Below, one piece after another: positions 20,524 through 30,807 of a stretch of DNA of 64,000 bases. A program made the position numbers and the translations under genes. The notes beneath the pieces are model-generated. The model had not been told where the DNA came from and made no database searches. It saw only the letters and a program-made list of their open reading frames with translations. This stretch comes from Candidatus Latescibacterota bacterium. GTDB taxonomy: Bacteria > Latescibacterota > UBA2968 > GCA-2709665. The DNA lies in the NCBI GenBank assembly GCA_963667175.2, contig CAXXXF010000006.1:352001-416000 (forward strand), in the 5' to 3' direction. Every line of letters starts with the position of its first letter. The stretch's first letter is position 1.

Positions 20524-21843
20524 TCAGGGAATCTGTCTATTTACAGCGAATGCCGTGCCATGATACAGTGGACGTCGCGCACGGCTTTGGACCCGGAGCG
20601 CTTCAATAATGATGGCCTGCACACGCCGGGCTACCTCAATCGCGTCGTGCCGCTGAACGGCCGAGACGCGGGCGGCTGCACCCATTCGCTGTCGCAATTT
20701 CCGGTTCTCAACCACCCTGAGGATGGTGTCGGCAAGCCCGGCGTCGTCGTTCGGCTTCACAAGGAATCCGTTGTAACCATGCCGGATCAATTCAGGCACA
20801 CCGCCCGTCGCAGACCCAACTACCGGTGTGCCCAGCGCCAGAGATTCGATAACGCTTCGTGGACAGGGGTCCGGCGCAGCAGAAGGAACGAGTGTGACAT
20901 CCAGATCTTTCACAAACGGTCTGACGTCGGTCTGAAATCCTGTAAAATGGACGCGTCCCGACAAACGGCCGTTTGCGACCTTGCGGCGATAGCGGTCCAA
21001 CAGGTCCAACGACCGGCGAGGACTGCCACCGACGACCACCAGCACCACGTCCTTGCGCCGGACCAGGACCTGCTCCATCGCCGCCAGCAACGTATCGATG
21101 CCTTTCCACGCAACAATGCGACCGACGAAGCCAAGAACCACTTCGTCCGGTCCGATCCGGTACATCCGCCGCACGCACCCCCGGACGTTTGCCGGGTCAA
21201 AACTGACGAGGTCCGCGCCATTGTATACAACGCGAACCTTCTCCTTCACCGACGGGAAATTCCCCGCGCACGCCTCGGAGACGGCGATAATTCTCGTCAC
21301 GCAAGCACACCGCGCCAACCTGTGGAAGAACCAGCGTCTGAACGCGTTACTGTATAGTGTGCGGCAGTGCCAGACGACCGGAACGCCACAAACCATGCCA
21401 GCCACTGTGCCGATCGATTTCACCATCATCTGGTTGCAATAGACCATCCCGATACGCTCATGAGAGACCATGCGAATCAGAGCAAACGTAAACCGAACGA
21501 TGTCGAACGCATTCAGAAACACCGATGACATTCTGAACACGCGGTTCTGACTCCGGAACCGCATTTCCGCCAGGCGTTCCTTCAGTCGGGGCTCGATACG
21601 GTACGGGACCCGGATCGCCTCCAGCCTGCGTTTCAACACACCTTCGTTAGGCATCACGACCAGCGGCTCGATCAGCGAGGAATCGAGGTGCTTCAACAGA
21701 TAAAAGAGGCTGTTCCCGGCCCCTCCGCGCCCTGTGCATCCCGTCAGGAAAAGCACCTTGATCTTGCCGTTGTCCTTTGCGGCGCACAATACAGGCGACG
21801 ACACGTTGGCCTCGCCGCGCTTTTCCGAGAAACGCTTAAACAT
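20524..21843 (-). CDS. Glycosyltransferase family 4 (GT-B)
   Basis: GGAGNSL, VVWHCR, IAVSEA, VYNGAD, FVGRIVAWKG, PDPCPRSVIESLALGTPVV..GGVPE. Confidence 0.92.
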   Translation of the reverse strand: MFKRFSEKRGEANVSSPVLCAAKDNGKIKVLFLTGCTGRGGAGNSLFYLLKHLDSSLIEPLVVMPNEGVLKRRLEAIRVPYRIEPRLKERLAEMRFRSQNRVFRMSSVFLNAFDIVRFTFALIRMVSHERIGMVYCNQMMVKSIGTVAGMVCGVPVVWHCRTLYSNAFRRWFFHRLARCACVTRIIAVSEACAGNFPSVKEKVRVVYNGADLVSFDPANVRGCVRRMYRIGPDEVVLGFVGRIVAWKGIDTLLAAMEQVLVRRKDVVLVVVGGSPRRSLDLLDRYRRKVANGRLSGRVHFTGFQTDVRPFVKDLDVTLVPSAAPDPCPRSVIESLALGTPVVGSATGGVPELIRHGYNGFLVKPNDDAGLADTILRVVENRKLRQRMGAAARVSAVQRHDAIEVARRVQAIIIEALRVQSRARRPLYHGTAFAVNRQIP

Positions 21844-23474
21844 CAGTTCAGCCGCCTGATGATGTGATATCCCAGCGGCGTCTGAACGATCCCGCTGGTC
21901 TCACCCACCCGCAATTTCAGCACTGCCTCCTCAAAGGCGGGATTTAGATCGCCAGGTGAAAAAAACCCCAGATCGCCGCCGATCTCCGCGGAAGAGTCAT
22001 TGGAATGTTCCCGGGCCAGCAACCTGAAATCCTCGCCCGCATTCAGTTTATTGAGGACTTCCTGCGCCTCGACTTCCGTTTCCACGAGAATGTGGTATAC
22101 CCAGAGCTTTCCTGACTGTATCCCCTCAATCTCGTCAATCTTCATCTGAGCCGCCTGCGCGATCTCTTCGTTCGGACTGAAGGTGACGGATTTTTCAAAG
22201 GCCTGCTTCGCCCGGTCAAACTCCCGCTTCGAGGTCCGGGCCAGACCAATATTGAACAGTACGCCCGCGTTGGTGGAATCCACTGCCAATGCTCTGTTGT
22301 AGACGACAAGCGCCGAGTCCAGATCCTGTTGTTGCGCGTGAATCAAGGCGAGATCTCCATACGGTTCCAGAACGTTCGGATTCGATTTTATGGTCGTCTC
22401 CAGAGCTTTCTTGGCCTGCTCCAGGTCTCCCTTCTGCAGATAGACCTGTGCGACGCCGTACTCGAGACGCGCTCGCTCGGACTCCGGCGCGATCTCCATG
22501 ATCAACCGATACTCGCCAAGCGCCAGGTCCCATTGCTGCAGAACGGTATACAGCCGTGCCAGCGCGGAACGGGTGTCCAGATCGCGCGGCTCCAGCTGCG
22601 ACACTTTCTCCCACGCTTTCCGGGCAGTGTCCAGCGAGTCCACCTCGGCCGCCATCTGACCCATGGACCGATGCACCTCGGGATCGTCCGGCGCTATGGA
22701 AGCCGCCCGCCGGTACGCGGCGAAAGCCTCCGGGGTTCGCCGCATCGAGTGGTAGATGGCGCCCTTGTTTACCAGCAGGGTGACGTCGTTCGGATTTTTC
22801 TCCAACTCCTTTTCAAGCACCGATATCGCGCGAACGTAGAGCCGATTCGCATCCTCAGGTCTGCCCAGCGCCCCGTAGATCTGGCCCTGATTGATCATCA
22901 GCACCACGCTTTCCGGGTTGTTCTTCAACCCCTGTTCGAATACCGACAGCGCTTTGTTGGGGTCCTTCAATGCGACGTGCAGGCCCGCCAGGGACTGGTA
23001 CGCCTCGATATTCTGAGGATCGAGCGAAACCGCGTCCCTGAGATCCTGAATTGCCAGACCCGGATTTCCGGCCTCCTGATACAGCAATGCCCTGTCCATC
23101 AGCAGGAGGACGGAATTCGGAATCGCTGTCAACCCCCGATTCAAGACTTCCAGCGCCTCACGGCCCCTGTTCAGCTGTGCGTGGATCCTGAAGAGCGCGT
23201 CGTAAGGCGCTTCGATTTCCGGCCCCAATTCGATCGCCTTCTCAAACGCCCGGATGGCGCCTTCCGGCTGACCCAACTGCGCGAATACCATCCCGAGGAC
23301 GCCTTGAGCATTCGCGCTGTCCGGAAATGTCTCCGCGAACTGCCGGGCCGTAACCAGTGCGGAATCGGCCCGGCCGCGGGCGCCGTGCTCGCCGATCTCC
23401 GCCAGGAAGTCCCGGGCCGTCGCTTTTTCGCTCCACAGTATCATACAACAGATGACAACAATCGTCCGTTTCAA
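21843..23474 (-). CDS. Secreted TPR-repeat protein with C-terminal parvulin (PpiC) PPIase domain
   Basis: TTG 23474 after GGAGG; signal peptide; many TPRs; HILV...GEDFRLLAREHS.D.S..GGDLGFF...FEEAV...TPLGYHII; stop overlaps the GT4 ATG (TGATG). Confidence 0.88.
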   Translation of the reverse strand: MKRTIVVICCMILWSEKATARDFLAEIGEHGARGRADSALVTARQFAETFPDSANAQGVLGMVFAQLGQPEGAIRAFEKAIELGPEIEAPYDALFRIHAQLNRGREALEVLNRGLTAIPNSVLLLMDRALLYQEAGNPGLAIQDLRDAVSLDPQNIEAYQSLAGLHVALKDPNKALSVFEQGLKNNPESVVLMINQGQIYGALGRPEDANRLYVRAISVLEKELEKNPNDVTLLVNKGAIYHSMRRTPEAFAAYRRAASIAPDDPEVHRSMGQMAAEVDSLDTARKAWEKVSQLEPRDLDTRSALARLYTVLQQWDLALGEYRLIMEIAPESERARLEYGVAQVYLQKGDLEQAKKALETTIKSNPNVLEPYGDLALIHAQQQDLDSALVVYNRALAVDSTNAGVLFNIGLARTSKREFDRAKQAFEKSVTFSPNEEIAQAAQMKIDEIEGIQSGKLWVYHILVETEVEAQEVLNKLNAGEDFRLLAREHSNDSSAEIGGDLGFFSPGDLNPAFEEAVLKLRVGETSGIVQTPLGYHIIRRLN

Positions 23475-23697
23475 CCGACCGCCTCCATTTGGAAAGTTGA
23501 TCCGAAGTCCTTCCGGATGCCCTCTGATCGATTCGTCTCTCCTTTTCCGCGAAACCCTTGACAAGCTCCGGGATTCCCGGTATTATCCAGAGGTTTTCGA
23601 CACGCCCGACGCAGCAGCGTCCGTCGAGATGCTTCCGAGCCCGTCATACTGCTCGTGGAGGGCTCGACTTCAGGGCGGCGATAATCCGCCTGAACCC

Positions 23698-24333
23698 ATG
23701 TTTCCTCGTATGAGCGTCCTTCAACGCGATCCCATCCCGGCCATACTGCTTTCGCTCGCGGCCAGCTATCTGGCGTACGAGCATCTTCCGGACCGGGTCC
23801 CGGTCCACTGGGACGCGTTCGGACGTATCGATGCGGAAATGCACAAGCGGGTCGGCGTCTTTCTGCATCCCGGGGCGATGACGTTCGTCTACCTCTTCTT
23901 TCGTTTGATCCCTTTTGTCGACAGGAACCGGGTGCGACAGTTGAAGGAGATCGGACTCTACGATCCATTCCGAAACGGCGCGGTTCTCCTCTTCGGATAC
24001 AGCCATCTTCTCCTGCTGGGCATCGGCCTGGGATGGGTAGACCGCGGCGCAAACCTCTTTGCGGGCCTGCTTTCGCTCTCCTCAATCCTCGCGGGTAACC
24101 ACCTCAAGAACCTGCGCTCCGCGCGGTTCGATCGTCTCCTTGGCCGGATCGGTGTTTCGAGCGCGCCGGATGCGCGGAACCTTACCTGCAATATCCTCAT
24201 CTTCTGCGGGGCATTCGGTCAGGCAGGCGCCGCAACCGGCAACCTGCAAGTGGCCTGGTTTCTGTTGCCGCTGGCCGTCGGTACCTTTCTCGTGCGTCGC
24301 CGCTTTCCCGTGAATCGGAAACCGGCGCCGTGA
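23698..24333 (+). CDS. DUF1648/SdpI-like membrane protein
   Basis: YEHLPDRVPVHWDAFGRID motif plus TM helices; start 23698 or 23710. Confidence 0.75.
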   Translation: MFPRMSVLQRDPIPAILLSLAASYLAYEHLPDRVPVHWDAFGRIDAEMHKRVGVFLHPGAMTFVYLFFRLIPFVDRNRVRQLKEIGLYDPFRNGAVLLFGYSHLLLLGIGLGWVDRGANLFAGLLSLSSILAGNHLKNLRSARFDRLLGRIGVSSAPDARNLTCNILIFCGAFGQAGAATGNLQVAWFLLPLAVGTFLVRRRFPVNRKPAP

Positions 24334-25217
24334 CCGTGCTCAACGAACGCCTGACCCTTCAGGCCGGCAGTCTCGCCCTGATAACGGCCGTCCTCTGGGG
24401 CGGCAACTCCATCGCCATCAAAATCGCCCTCGACGGCCTGCCGCCGCTCGCCCTTGCCGCCGCCCGCTTTCTTCTGGGCGGGCTGGCTGTAATCCCGTGG
24501 GCGTACCTTTCCGGCGTCCCGCTCCGGCCCGGATCCGGCGAAAGACGAGGTCTGTTTCAGCTGGTTCTGCTTTTTGTCGCGCAAATCTACCTGCTCAATG
24601 CCGGCACGAATATCACGACGGCCGGCAGGTCGACCGTCTTCATCTCCACGTATCCGTTTTTTACCGCCGTCTTCGCCCACCTGTTCATGCCTGGAGACCG
24701 GCTAAGCGGCCTTAAAATTTCAGGAATGACCCTCTCGTTTGCCGGTGTCGTGCTCGTATTCGTCGATAGTCTGGCCAGCGGACGCCTCGGCTATCTGCCG
24801 GGAGACGTAATGGTTCTGACGAGCGGCCTGCTGCTTGGCGCCCGGCAGGTCTATACCAAAAAGCTGACCCAAACCATCCATCCCGCCCGGCTTCTGTTAT
24901 GGCAGGCCGCGCTCAGCCTGCCGGTGTTCATTCTGTCGAGTACCCTGCTGGAGGACCTGAAACCCACCGTCATCCGACCGGGCATCGTCGGCGCCATCAT
25001 CTACCAGGGTCTCGTGGTTGCCGGGTTCTGTTTTCTGGTATCCGTCACGCTCCTGCGACGCTACAGAGCCAGCCGCCTCGGGGTGTTCGGTTTCGTTACA
25101 CCCGTTGTTGGCGTCGTGTTCAGCGACCTGCTGCTGGGAGAAGCTGTCTCGGCGACACTTCTCATCAGCGTGCTGATGGTCGGAATCGGCGTCGCCATTG
25201 TCAATACGGAGACCTGA
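24330..25217 (+). CDS. DMT/EamA family transporter
   Basis: LWGGNSIAIK, PPLALAAARF, about 10 TM helices, TPVVGV...LLGE. Confidence 0.9.
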   Translation: MTVLNERLTLQAGSLALITAVLWGGNSIAIKIALDGLPPLALAAARFLLGGLAVIPWAYLSGVPLRPGSGERRGLFQLVLLFVAQIYLLNAGTNITTAGRSTVFISTYPFFTAVFAHLFMPGDRLSGLKISGMTLSFAGVVLVFVDSLASGRLGYLPGDVMVLTSGLLLGARQVYTKKLTQTIHPARLLLWQAALSLPVFILSSTLLEDLKPTVIRPGIVGAIIYQGLVVAGFCFLVSVTLLRRYRASRLGVFGFVTPVVGVVFSDLLLGEAVSATLLISVLMVGIGVAIVNTET

Positions 25218-25294
25218 CCAACGACGGGCGACGCAATGCGTCCGTGCGTCCACGTCACGCAGCCGGGATGCCGTCCAATCGGCGTTCCGACGGA

Positions 25295-26638
25295 CTACGC
25301 CTCCCCTACCATGACGAACGCCACGTCCGCAACATTGGTTCCCGTCGGACCCGTCATCACCAGGTCGCCAAGCGGCTTGAAGAAGTGGTAGGCGTCGTTG
25401 TTCTTCAACGATTCAATCGCAGACAGTCCTGCTGATTCCGCTCGTGCGATCGTTTCGGCATCGGCGATCGCCCCCGCGGCGTCCGTCGGGCCGTCGGTTC
25501 CATCCGTCCCGCCGCTGAACAGAACCGTCCCCTCCCATCCGGACAGATGTATCGCGCCGGCCAACACCAGTTCCTGGTTGCGTCCGCCTTTGCCGTTTCC
25601 TCGAACGGTTACCGTCGTCTCGCCGCCCGCGATTACGCATGCGGGAGCGGTCACGGGCGCCCCGGATTCCAGGATTTCCTTGCCGATGGCCGAATAAACG
25701 TGTGCGACCTCACGAGCCTCGCCCTCCAGGCGCGTGGACAGCACCAGGGTATTATAGCCCAGATGCCGGGCGCGTTCGGCGGCAGCGGCCACCGCCAGAC
25801 CGTTGCTGCCGACAATCACGTTATGACATCTCTCCAGCACAGCGTCTCCCGGCTTCGGCGTTTCCGGAATCGCTCCCGCCGCGCCTGCCTCGAACCGCTC
25901 CCGAACCGCTTCAGGCAGCCGATCCGAAACGTCGTACTTCTGAAAAATTCCCATACAGACTTTGAACCTGGACGTATCGGGTACCGTGGGCCCCGATGCG
26001 ATCACGTCCATCGGGTCGCCGATGACGTCCGACAACATCAGGGATACCACGGTGGCCGGAAACGCCGCGCGGGCAAGACCCCCACCCTTGACCCTGGACA
26101 GATGCTTGCGGACCGCGTTCAACTCCACGATATTGGCGCCGCATTCGAGCAGCAATCGGGTTGTCTCCTGCTTCTCCGCCAGCGTAATCCCCTCCGAAGG
26201 CGCGGGCATCAGCGCCGAACCACCGCCTGAAATCAGGCAGATCACCAGGGTCCGGTCGTCGGTCGCGTCCAGCAGTCCAAGAATCTGACGCGTCCCGTCG
26301 ACACCGGCCTCATCCGGAACCGGATGTCCGCACTCGACGATTCTTATCCGGTCCAGCGGCTCCGCGTGCTCGTACTTGGTATTGATGACCCCATCCGAAA
26401 TCCGGTCGCCCAGCACGGATTCGAGCGCGACCCCCATCCGCGGCGACGCCTTGCCGGTTCCCACCACGAGCACCCTGTCGAACGCATCCAGGTCGTAATC
26501 CTTGCCACCGATACTGAGCGTGTCCCCGTGCGTTCTGACGAATCGCTTCACGCACTCCTGAGCGTCCACCGCCGCCACTGCCGATTCAAAGATCGACGAA
26601 GCATCGGCGCGCATTCCGGTTACGGTGAACTTACGCAT
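25295..26638 (-). CDS. Glycerate 2-kinase (MOFRL/TtuD family)
   Basis: GTGKA, GHPVPD, LISGGGSAL, RKHLSRVKGG, SDVIGD..IASGPT, GGETTV, GGRNQE, GTDGTDGPT, TGPTGTNVAD. Confidence 0.93.
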   Translation of the reverse strand: MRKFTVTGMRADASSIFESAVAAVDAQECVKRFVRTHGDTLSIGGKDYDLDAFDRVLVVGTGKASPRMGVALESVLGDRISDGVINTKYEHAEPLDRIRIVECGHPVPDEAGVDGTRQILGLLDATDDRTLVICLISGGGSALMPAPSEGITLAEKQETTRLLLECGANIVELNAVRKHLSRVKGGGLARAAFPATVVSLMLSDVIGDPMDVIASGPTVPDTSRFKVCMGIFQKYDVSDRLPEAVRERFEAGAAGAIPETPKPGDAVLERCHNVIVGSNGLAVAAAAERARHLGYNTLVLSTRLEGEAREVAHVYSAIGKEILESGAPVTAPACVIAGGETTVTVRGNGKGGRNQELVLAGAIHLSGWEGTVLFSGGTDGTDGPTDAAGAIADAETIARAESAGLSAIESLKNNDAYHFFKPLGDLVMTGPTGTNVADVAFVMVGEA

Positions 26639-26711
26639 CCTGATCGATCCCCATATTTGCAGGCCGCCCGAGTGTTCTGCCCCTGGGCGGTCCACGGCAC
26701 TGGCGTGACGG

Positions 26712-28979
26712 CTACCTTCGAATGTCGAACGTGATGGCCGCCCTGCCGGTCTGCCCGCTGTTTTCATCCAGAACCAGGATTTTCAGGACCTGCCTCCCGG
26801 GTTCTGAGGCGCCCATATCCAATTCAAGGTAGGCCGGCTCGTCCGTAGCCGTGCCGACGTGTTCATATTCAATGCTGATGACGTTACCCTCTTCCCGTTT
26901 CCCGATCAGGCGTCCGAGTCCGCTCAATACACGCGCGCCCACGCTGGTTCGCCCCAACGATCGGATCTCGTACGAAATGCGATATTTCGTCGATCCGAAT
27001 TCATCCCGTTTCAGATTATAGATTTCGTAATAGATGAACACCGGTTCGCCGAAGCGGTAGGTCCTGGACGCCATGGGAATCACTTCGATATCACCCTTTA
27101 CGAAACGGCCCCGTTCCGCGACGTCGATTCTCGCCCCCATTTCAACTTCGCTCAACATCAGATTCATCCCTGAATACGCCTTCAGGTTGCGGTCTTCTCT
27201 GTATATCTGCGTCCTGCCGGAGTTTCGATCCATCACCTGCACGTCGACCCGGTAGACGCCAGCGGGCAACAGGATCCGGTCGATTGCAGGAATGAAGGTC
27301 CCGCCCGAAGTGTCCACGACACCCGAAGCGCGGAGGACCATGTCGTCGTCTATCCGGTAAACGGGCCGGTTCTCGTCGTCGTAGACCGCCACGCCGCGGA
27401 CGAGGTGCGCCAGCCGCCCCGCGTTCCCGTCCCGATACGTCAGATCCCGGGTAGGTATGCCGTAGTACACCTCCATCGCCGTCTTGTCATTGTCGCCTCG
27501 AAACGAGGCCGTATAGAAATAGAAGTCCAGCGGGCCCGTGGCGAACGTCGGTCGGTAGGTGGCCGGCTGCCGCGCCACCTGATCGAGCAAGACGGCCTTC
27601 GGGTTCATCCTCTGCCAGATTCTCGTGATCCGCCCCGTACCCAAGGGCATTCTCGCAAATTCGTACGGCCCGGGAAAATGCGGTTGAACGAAGGTCATTT
27701 CGATGCCCCGGCCCACGCTGGTATATATCCAGTATTCCCATATGCCGCCCACGGGATAGACCGGCCAACCCAGTATGGACGACTGGGCGACGTCTCCCAG
27801 GGACCGGACTTCTTCCTTCATGAGCTTCGCGGCAGCCGCCCCGGCCGACGCAATCAGGCGATCCTTGACCGCCAGCACCCTGGGGTCCGTCTCGAACCGG
27901 ACGTCGCCGGATCGGCTGACGTGATCCGGTTCGCCGAAGCGTATATAGACTTCCCCGCGGTCGTCCCAGGGGAATTTGTGCTGTCCGTGATTCTCCCTGG
28001 CCGTGGCCACGCGGCGATAGTGTTCAACCTGGCGCTCGTTCGCGGCCGATACCGGCGCCGGATCCTGCCCGACCCAGAACCCCTCTGCGGTCGCCTTCAA
28101 TTCCTCCAATGAAAGGTCGCCGGGATCTCCGGCGATTCTTGCAACCAGACTCAGGTCATAGTAGAGCCGTTGCTCCTCCGGATCCAGCAGCGCAATATAG
28201 GCTTCGAACGTGGCCTGCGCCCGGTCGAAGTCCCGCCGCCTCTGGTAGACGTCCGCCAGTTCCAGCACCGCCCGGCGCTGATGCGGGTTCCGCGTTCGGA
28301 TCACGGACAGCAGTTCATCGGTTGCCTGCTCCGTCCGATTCAGCAGCTTCAGTACGACCCCCAGCTGCAATCGTGCGCCGAAGTGGCCCTCGTTCACCGC
28401 AATCTGGTCCCGGTAGGCTCGTTCCGCCTTTCCGTACTCCCCGTCTGTCTCTTCAATTCTTCCAATCTGATAGAACGCATCCGGGTGGCGGGGGTCCATC
28501 CTGACTACCTTGCGGTAGGCCTTGTACGTCTCACTGCTGCCGAAACGCTGGTACGTCTGCGCCAGATTGTATTGCGCTTCGACGTATTGTTTATCCGCTC
28601 GCAGGGCGTCCCGAAACGCATTGATTGCATTGCGAAGCTGCTTGGGCCGGTCCCGATACGTGAGGCCCAGGCCGTTGAAGGCCGGCGCATACCGCTTCCG
28701 CTTCCTGAGCGCCTGCCGGAACATCACTTCGGCCGAATCCAATTCGCCGTGTTTCAAGAAAATATGACCGAGACCCACGTAGGACGGCGCGTGTTTGGCG
28801 TCAAGCGAAATTGCCGCCCTGAAAGCCCCGGCGGCCGCCTCAAGCGCCTCATCATTCAACAGGGCCATCGCACGGTCGTAGTGCGCCTCGACCCGACCGC
28901 GGCCGTCGCTCTTCGCCTGCGCCGGGCCGCTGAAGACGAGCGTCGTCAGGACCACCACGTGCCACGTGAATCGTTTCAT
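26712..28979 (-). CDS. Secreted TPR + GWxTD-domain protein
   Basis: Signal peptide, TPRs, FW..QDP.P...NER..EHYRRV..A...PWDDRGEVYIRFGEPD (GWxTD variant). Confidence 0.85.
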   Translation of the reverse strand: MKRFTWHVVVLTTLVFSGPAQAKSDGRGRVEAHYDRAMALLNDEALEAAAGAFRAAISLDAKHAPSYVGLGHIFLKHGELDSAEVMFRQALRKRKRYAPAFNGLGLTYRDRPKQLRNAINAFRDALRADKQYVEAQYNLAQTYQRFGSSETYKAYRKVVRMDPRHPDAFYQIGRIEETDGEYGKAERAYRDQIAVNEGHFGARLQLGVVLKLLNRTEQATDELLSVIRTRNPHQRRAVLELADVYQRRRDFDRAQATFEAYIALLDPEEQRLYYDLSLVARIAGDPGDLSLEELKATAEGFWVGQDPAPVSAANERQVEHYRRVATARENHGQHKFPWDDRGEVYIRFGEPDHVSRSGDVRFETDPRVLAVKDRLIASAGAAAAKLMKEEVRSLGDVAQSSILGWPVYPVGGIWEYWIYTSVGRGIEMTFVQPHFPGPYEFARMPLGTGRITRIWQRMNPKAVLLDQVARQPATYRPTFATGPLDFYFYTASFRGDNDKTAMEVYYGIPTRDLTYRDGNAGRLAHLVRGVAVYDDENRPVYRIDDDMVLRASGVVDTSGGTFIPAIDRILLPAGVYRVDVQVMDRNSGRTQIYREDRNLKAYSGMNLMLSEVEMGARIDVAERGRFVKGDIEVIPMASRTYRFGEPVFIYYEIYNLKRDEFGSTKYRISYEIRSLGRTSVGARVLSGLGRLIGKREEGNVISIEYEHVGTATDEPAYLELDMGASEPGRQVLKILVLDENSGQTGRAAITFDIRR

Positions 28980-29219
28980 CTACCATCTCCTGCGAGGGGT
29001 CCTATCGACGTCCTGGCGCTAATCAACGGGGGTTCGAGGCATCTTCGCGAGACCGGAACGGCAAACGCGATTACAGTTTCGTCGGTTGCCACCGCTCTGA
29101 TCTGTTGCGGGGCGTTCCATGCGTCGCAAACAGGATTTAACCACAGAATACTAATGATACAAAAAAGGCCCGAAAAACACAAGCACGGGCAAGTCTTCCG
29201 GCCCGAAAATGCGCCACCG

Positions 29220-29423
29220 TTACCCCCAGTCGGTCCAGTCTGTCTCGCCACGTTCCATGCGTTCGAACGGGAGCCAGTATTCCCGTATCCACCGAAGTGC
29301 CGGATTGTTGGACCGGTCGTTGTACGCGATTCGCATCCAAAGAGTCACCTGACGAATGCCTTCCACCTGAACGCGCAGACCGTACCGATGCCGCACCATT
29401 TCCACGAACTATTCCAAAGGCAT
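29220..29423 (-). pseudogene. Possible degenerate LysR substrate-binding-domain remnant
   Basis: MPLE*FVEMVRHRYGL...MRIAYNDRSNNPALRWIRE resembles LysR C-terminal ends (..DPA.RWLR); in-frame TAG; lies just downstream of the intact LysR. Confidence 0.3.
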
Positions 29424-29430
29424 CCGCAGG

Positions 29431-30360
29431 CTACTCCGGTACGCCATGACCGCCTCCTTCGGGCACGTGGAGCCCGCTCGCTTCCAGATGCATTTGCAAA
29501 AACCTCAGAAACGCCGTGGCGGCGCGTGAAAGACGTCCGCCTTCGCGTCGCACCATCCCAACCTGACGCACGGGGAGCCCCGTCGCCCGAAGCGCGGTCA
29601 GCCTGCCCGATCTCACTTCCTCCCGGATCGCCACTTCGGGCACGATCGCGACACCCAGACCGATTTCGACAAATCGCTTGATGACTTCGATGCTGCCCAG
29701 TTCCATGCTAACTTGCGGGTGGAGTCCCGCGTCGGAGAACATCCGATCCATCAGTCCTCTGCTTGTGCTTCCCCGTTCAAGCATCAACATCGCGCTATCG
29801 CTCAGCGCGCGCAGATCCACCGTCTCCGCATGGGCCAGGGGATGCGTCGGACCGCAAACGGCGACGTCTTCCCGGATGAAGAGCGGCCTGGTCCTTACCC
29901 TGGGTTCGGTTACGGGAAGCGTGGCCAGTCCGAAATCCACCGCCCCCTCCAGAACCAGCCTTACGACCTCAGGAGACATCCGGTCCGTCAGGCGGATTTC
30001 GATTCCGGGGTACGCCTGGCGAAACGCCTTTACAGCGGGAGGCAGCACATAGGCGCAATTCGTATCGCTCGTGCCGATACTCAGCCGACCCGCGCGCAAT
30101 TCTCCGAGGGCCGCCATATCCTGCCGGATCTGCTCGGCCATCTCCAGAATCGCCTCGGCGCGCGCAAACAGAAGCCGCCCGGCCCCGGTCAACAGGATCT
30201 GCCTGCCACGGCGCTCGAACAGGGCTTCGCCGAGTTCATCTTCGAGCGCTTTCACCTGAAGACTCACTGCAGGCTGGGTGAGAAACAACTTCTCCGCCGC
30301 GCGGGTAAAGCTCTTCTCGCGCGCCGTTTCCACAAACCCCTTAAGCCGATCCAGATCCAT
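29431..30360 (-). CDS. LysR family transcriptional regulator
   Basis: SFTRAAEKLFLTQPAVSLQVKALEDELGEALFER HTH; ERGSTSR, ELGSIEVIKRFV (CysL/CbbR-like). Confidence 0.95.
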   Translation of the reverse strand: MDLDRLKGFVETAREKSFTRAAEKLFLTQPAVSLQVKALEDELGEALFERRGRQILLTGAGRLLFARAEAILEMAEQIRQDMAALGELRAGRLSIGTSDTNCAYVLPPAVKAFRQAYPGIEIRLTDRMSPEVVRLVLEGAVDFGLATLPVTEPRVRTRPLFIREDVAVCGPTHPLAHAETVDLRALSDSAMLMLERGSTSRGLMDRMFSDAGLHPQVSMELGSIEVIKRFVEIGLGVAIVPEVAIREEVRSGRLTALRATGLPVRQVGMVRREGGRLSRAATAFLRFLQMHLEASGLHVPEGGGHGVPE

Positions 30361-30473
30361 ACGTCAGCTCTCCATCTCGCGATCGCGGCGCATGGCAGTA
30401 CCCTGGCGCATCATCTCTCCGTATCGTGAAATGGCCTCGTTGTTCATAAATATATAATATAACAAAAACGAAA

Positions 30474-30494
30474 TTGATAAATTTTCTTTATCAA
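30474..30494. promoter_or_regulatory. LysR-type operator (perfect interrupted palindrome)
   Basis: TTGATAA-N7-TTATCAA containing T-N11-A, in an AT-rich patch of the divergent LysR/PBP intergenic region. Confidence 0.75.
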
Positions 30495-30807
30495 ACAGGG
30501 TTCGTTATCCTTTCTTCGTGCCGCTCGATGGGGCTGCTCGAATTGAACGGACACAACAGGTTGGCGGCCACCGCCCGGCTGGAGGCCGACAAATGCCATG
30601 CGCGCGTGAATTAACTTTACACGGGCCAGCCATCTCCCATATATTGGTTGTCAGCTCAGACCATTCATGGACGCTCGGGTACCGATGGATTTGATATGGG
30701 TTAGCGAACCGACAATCGGTACGCCTGGCCAACAGCAGCGGGCTTTGCCGTCGGGCAGACGCCGGCACTGAATTCCTTAAGATGCATTTCGTGAAAGGAG
30801 GTGTGTG

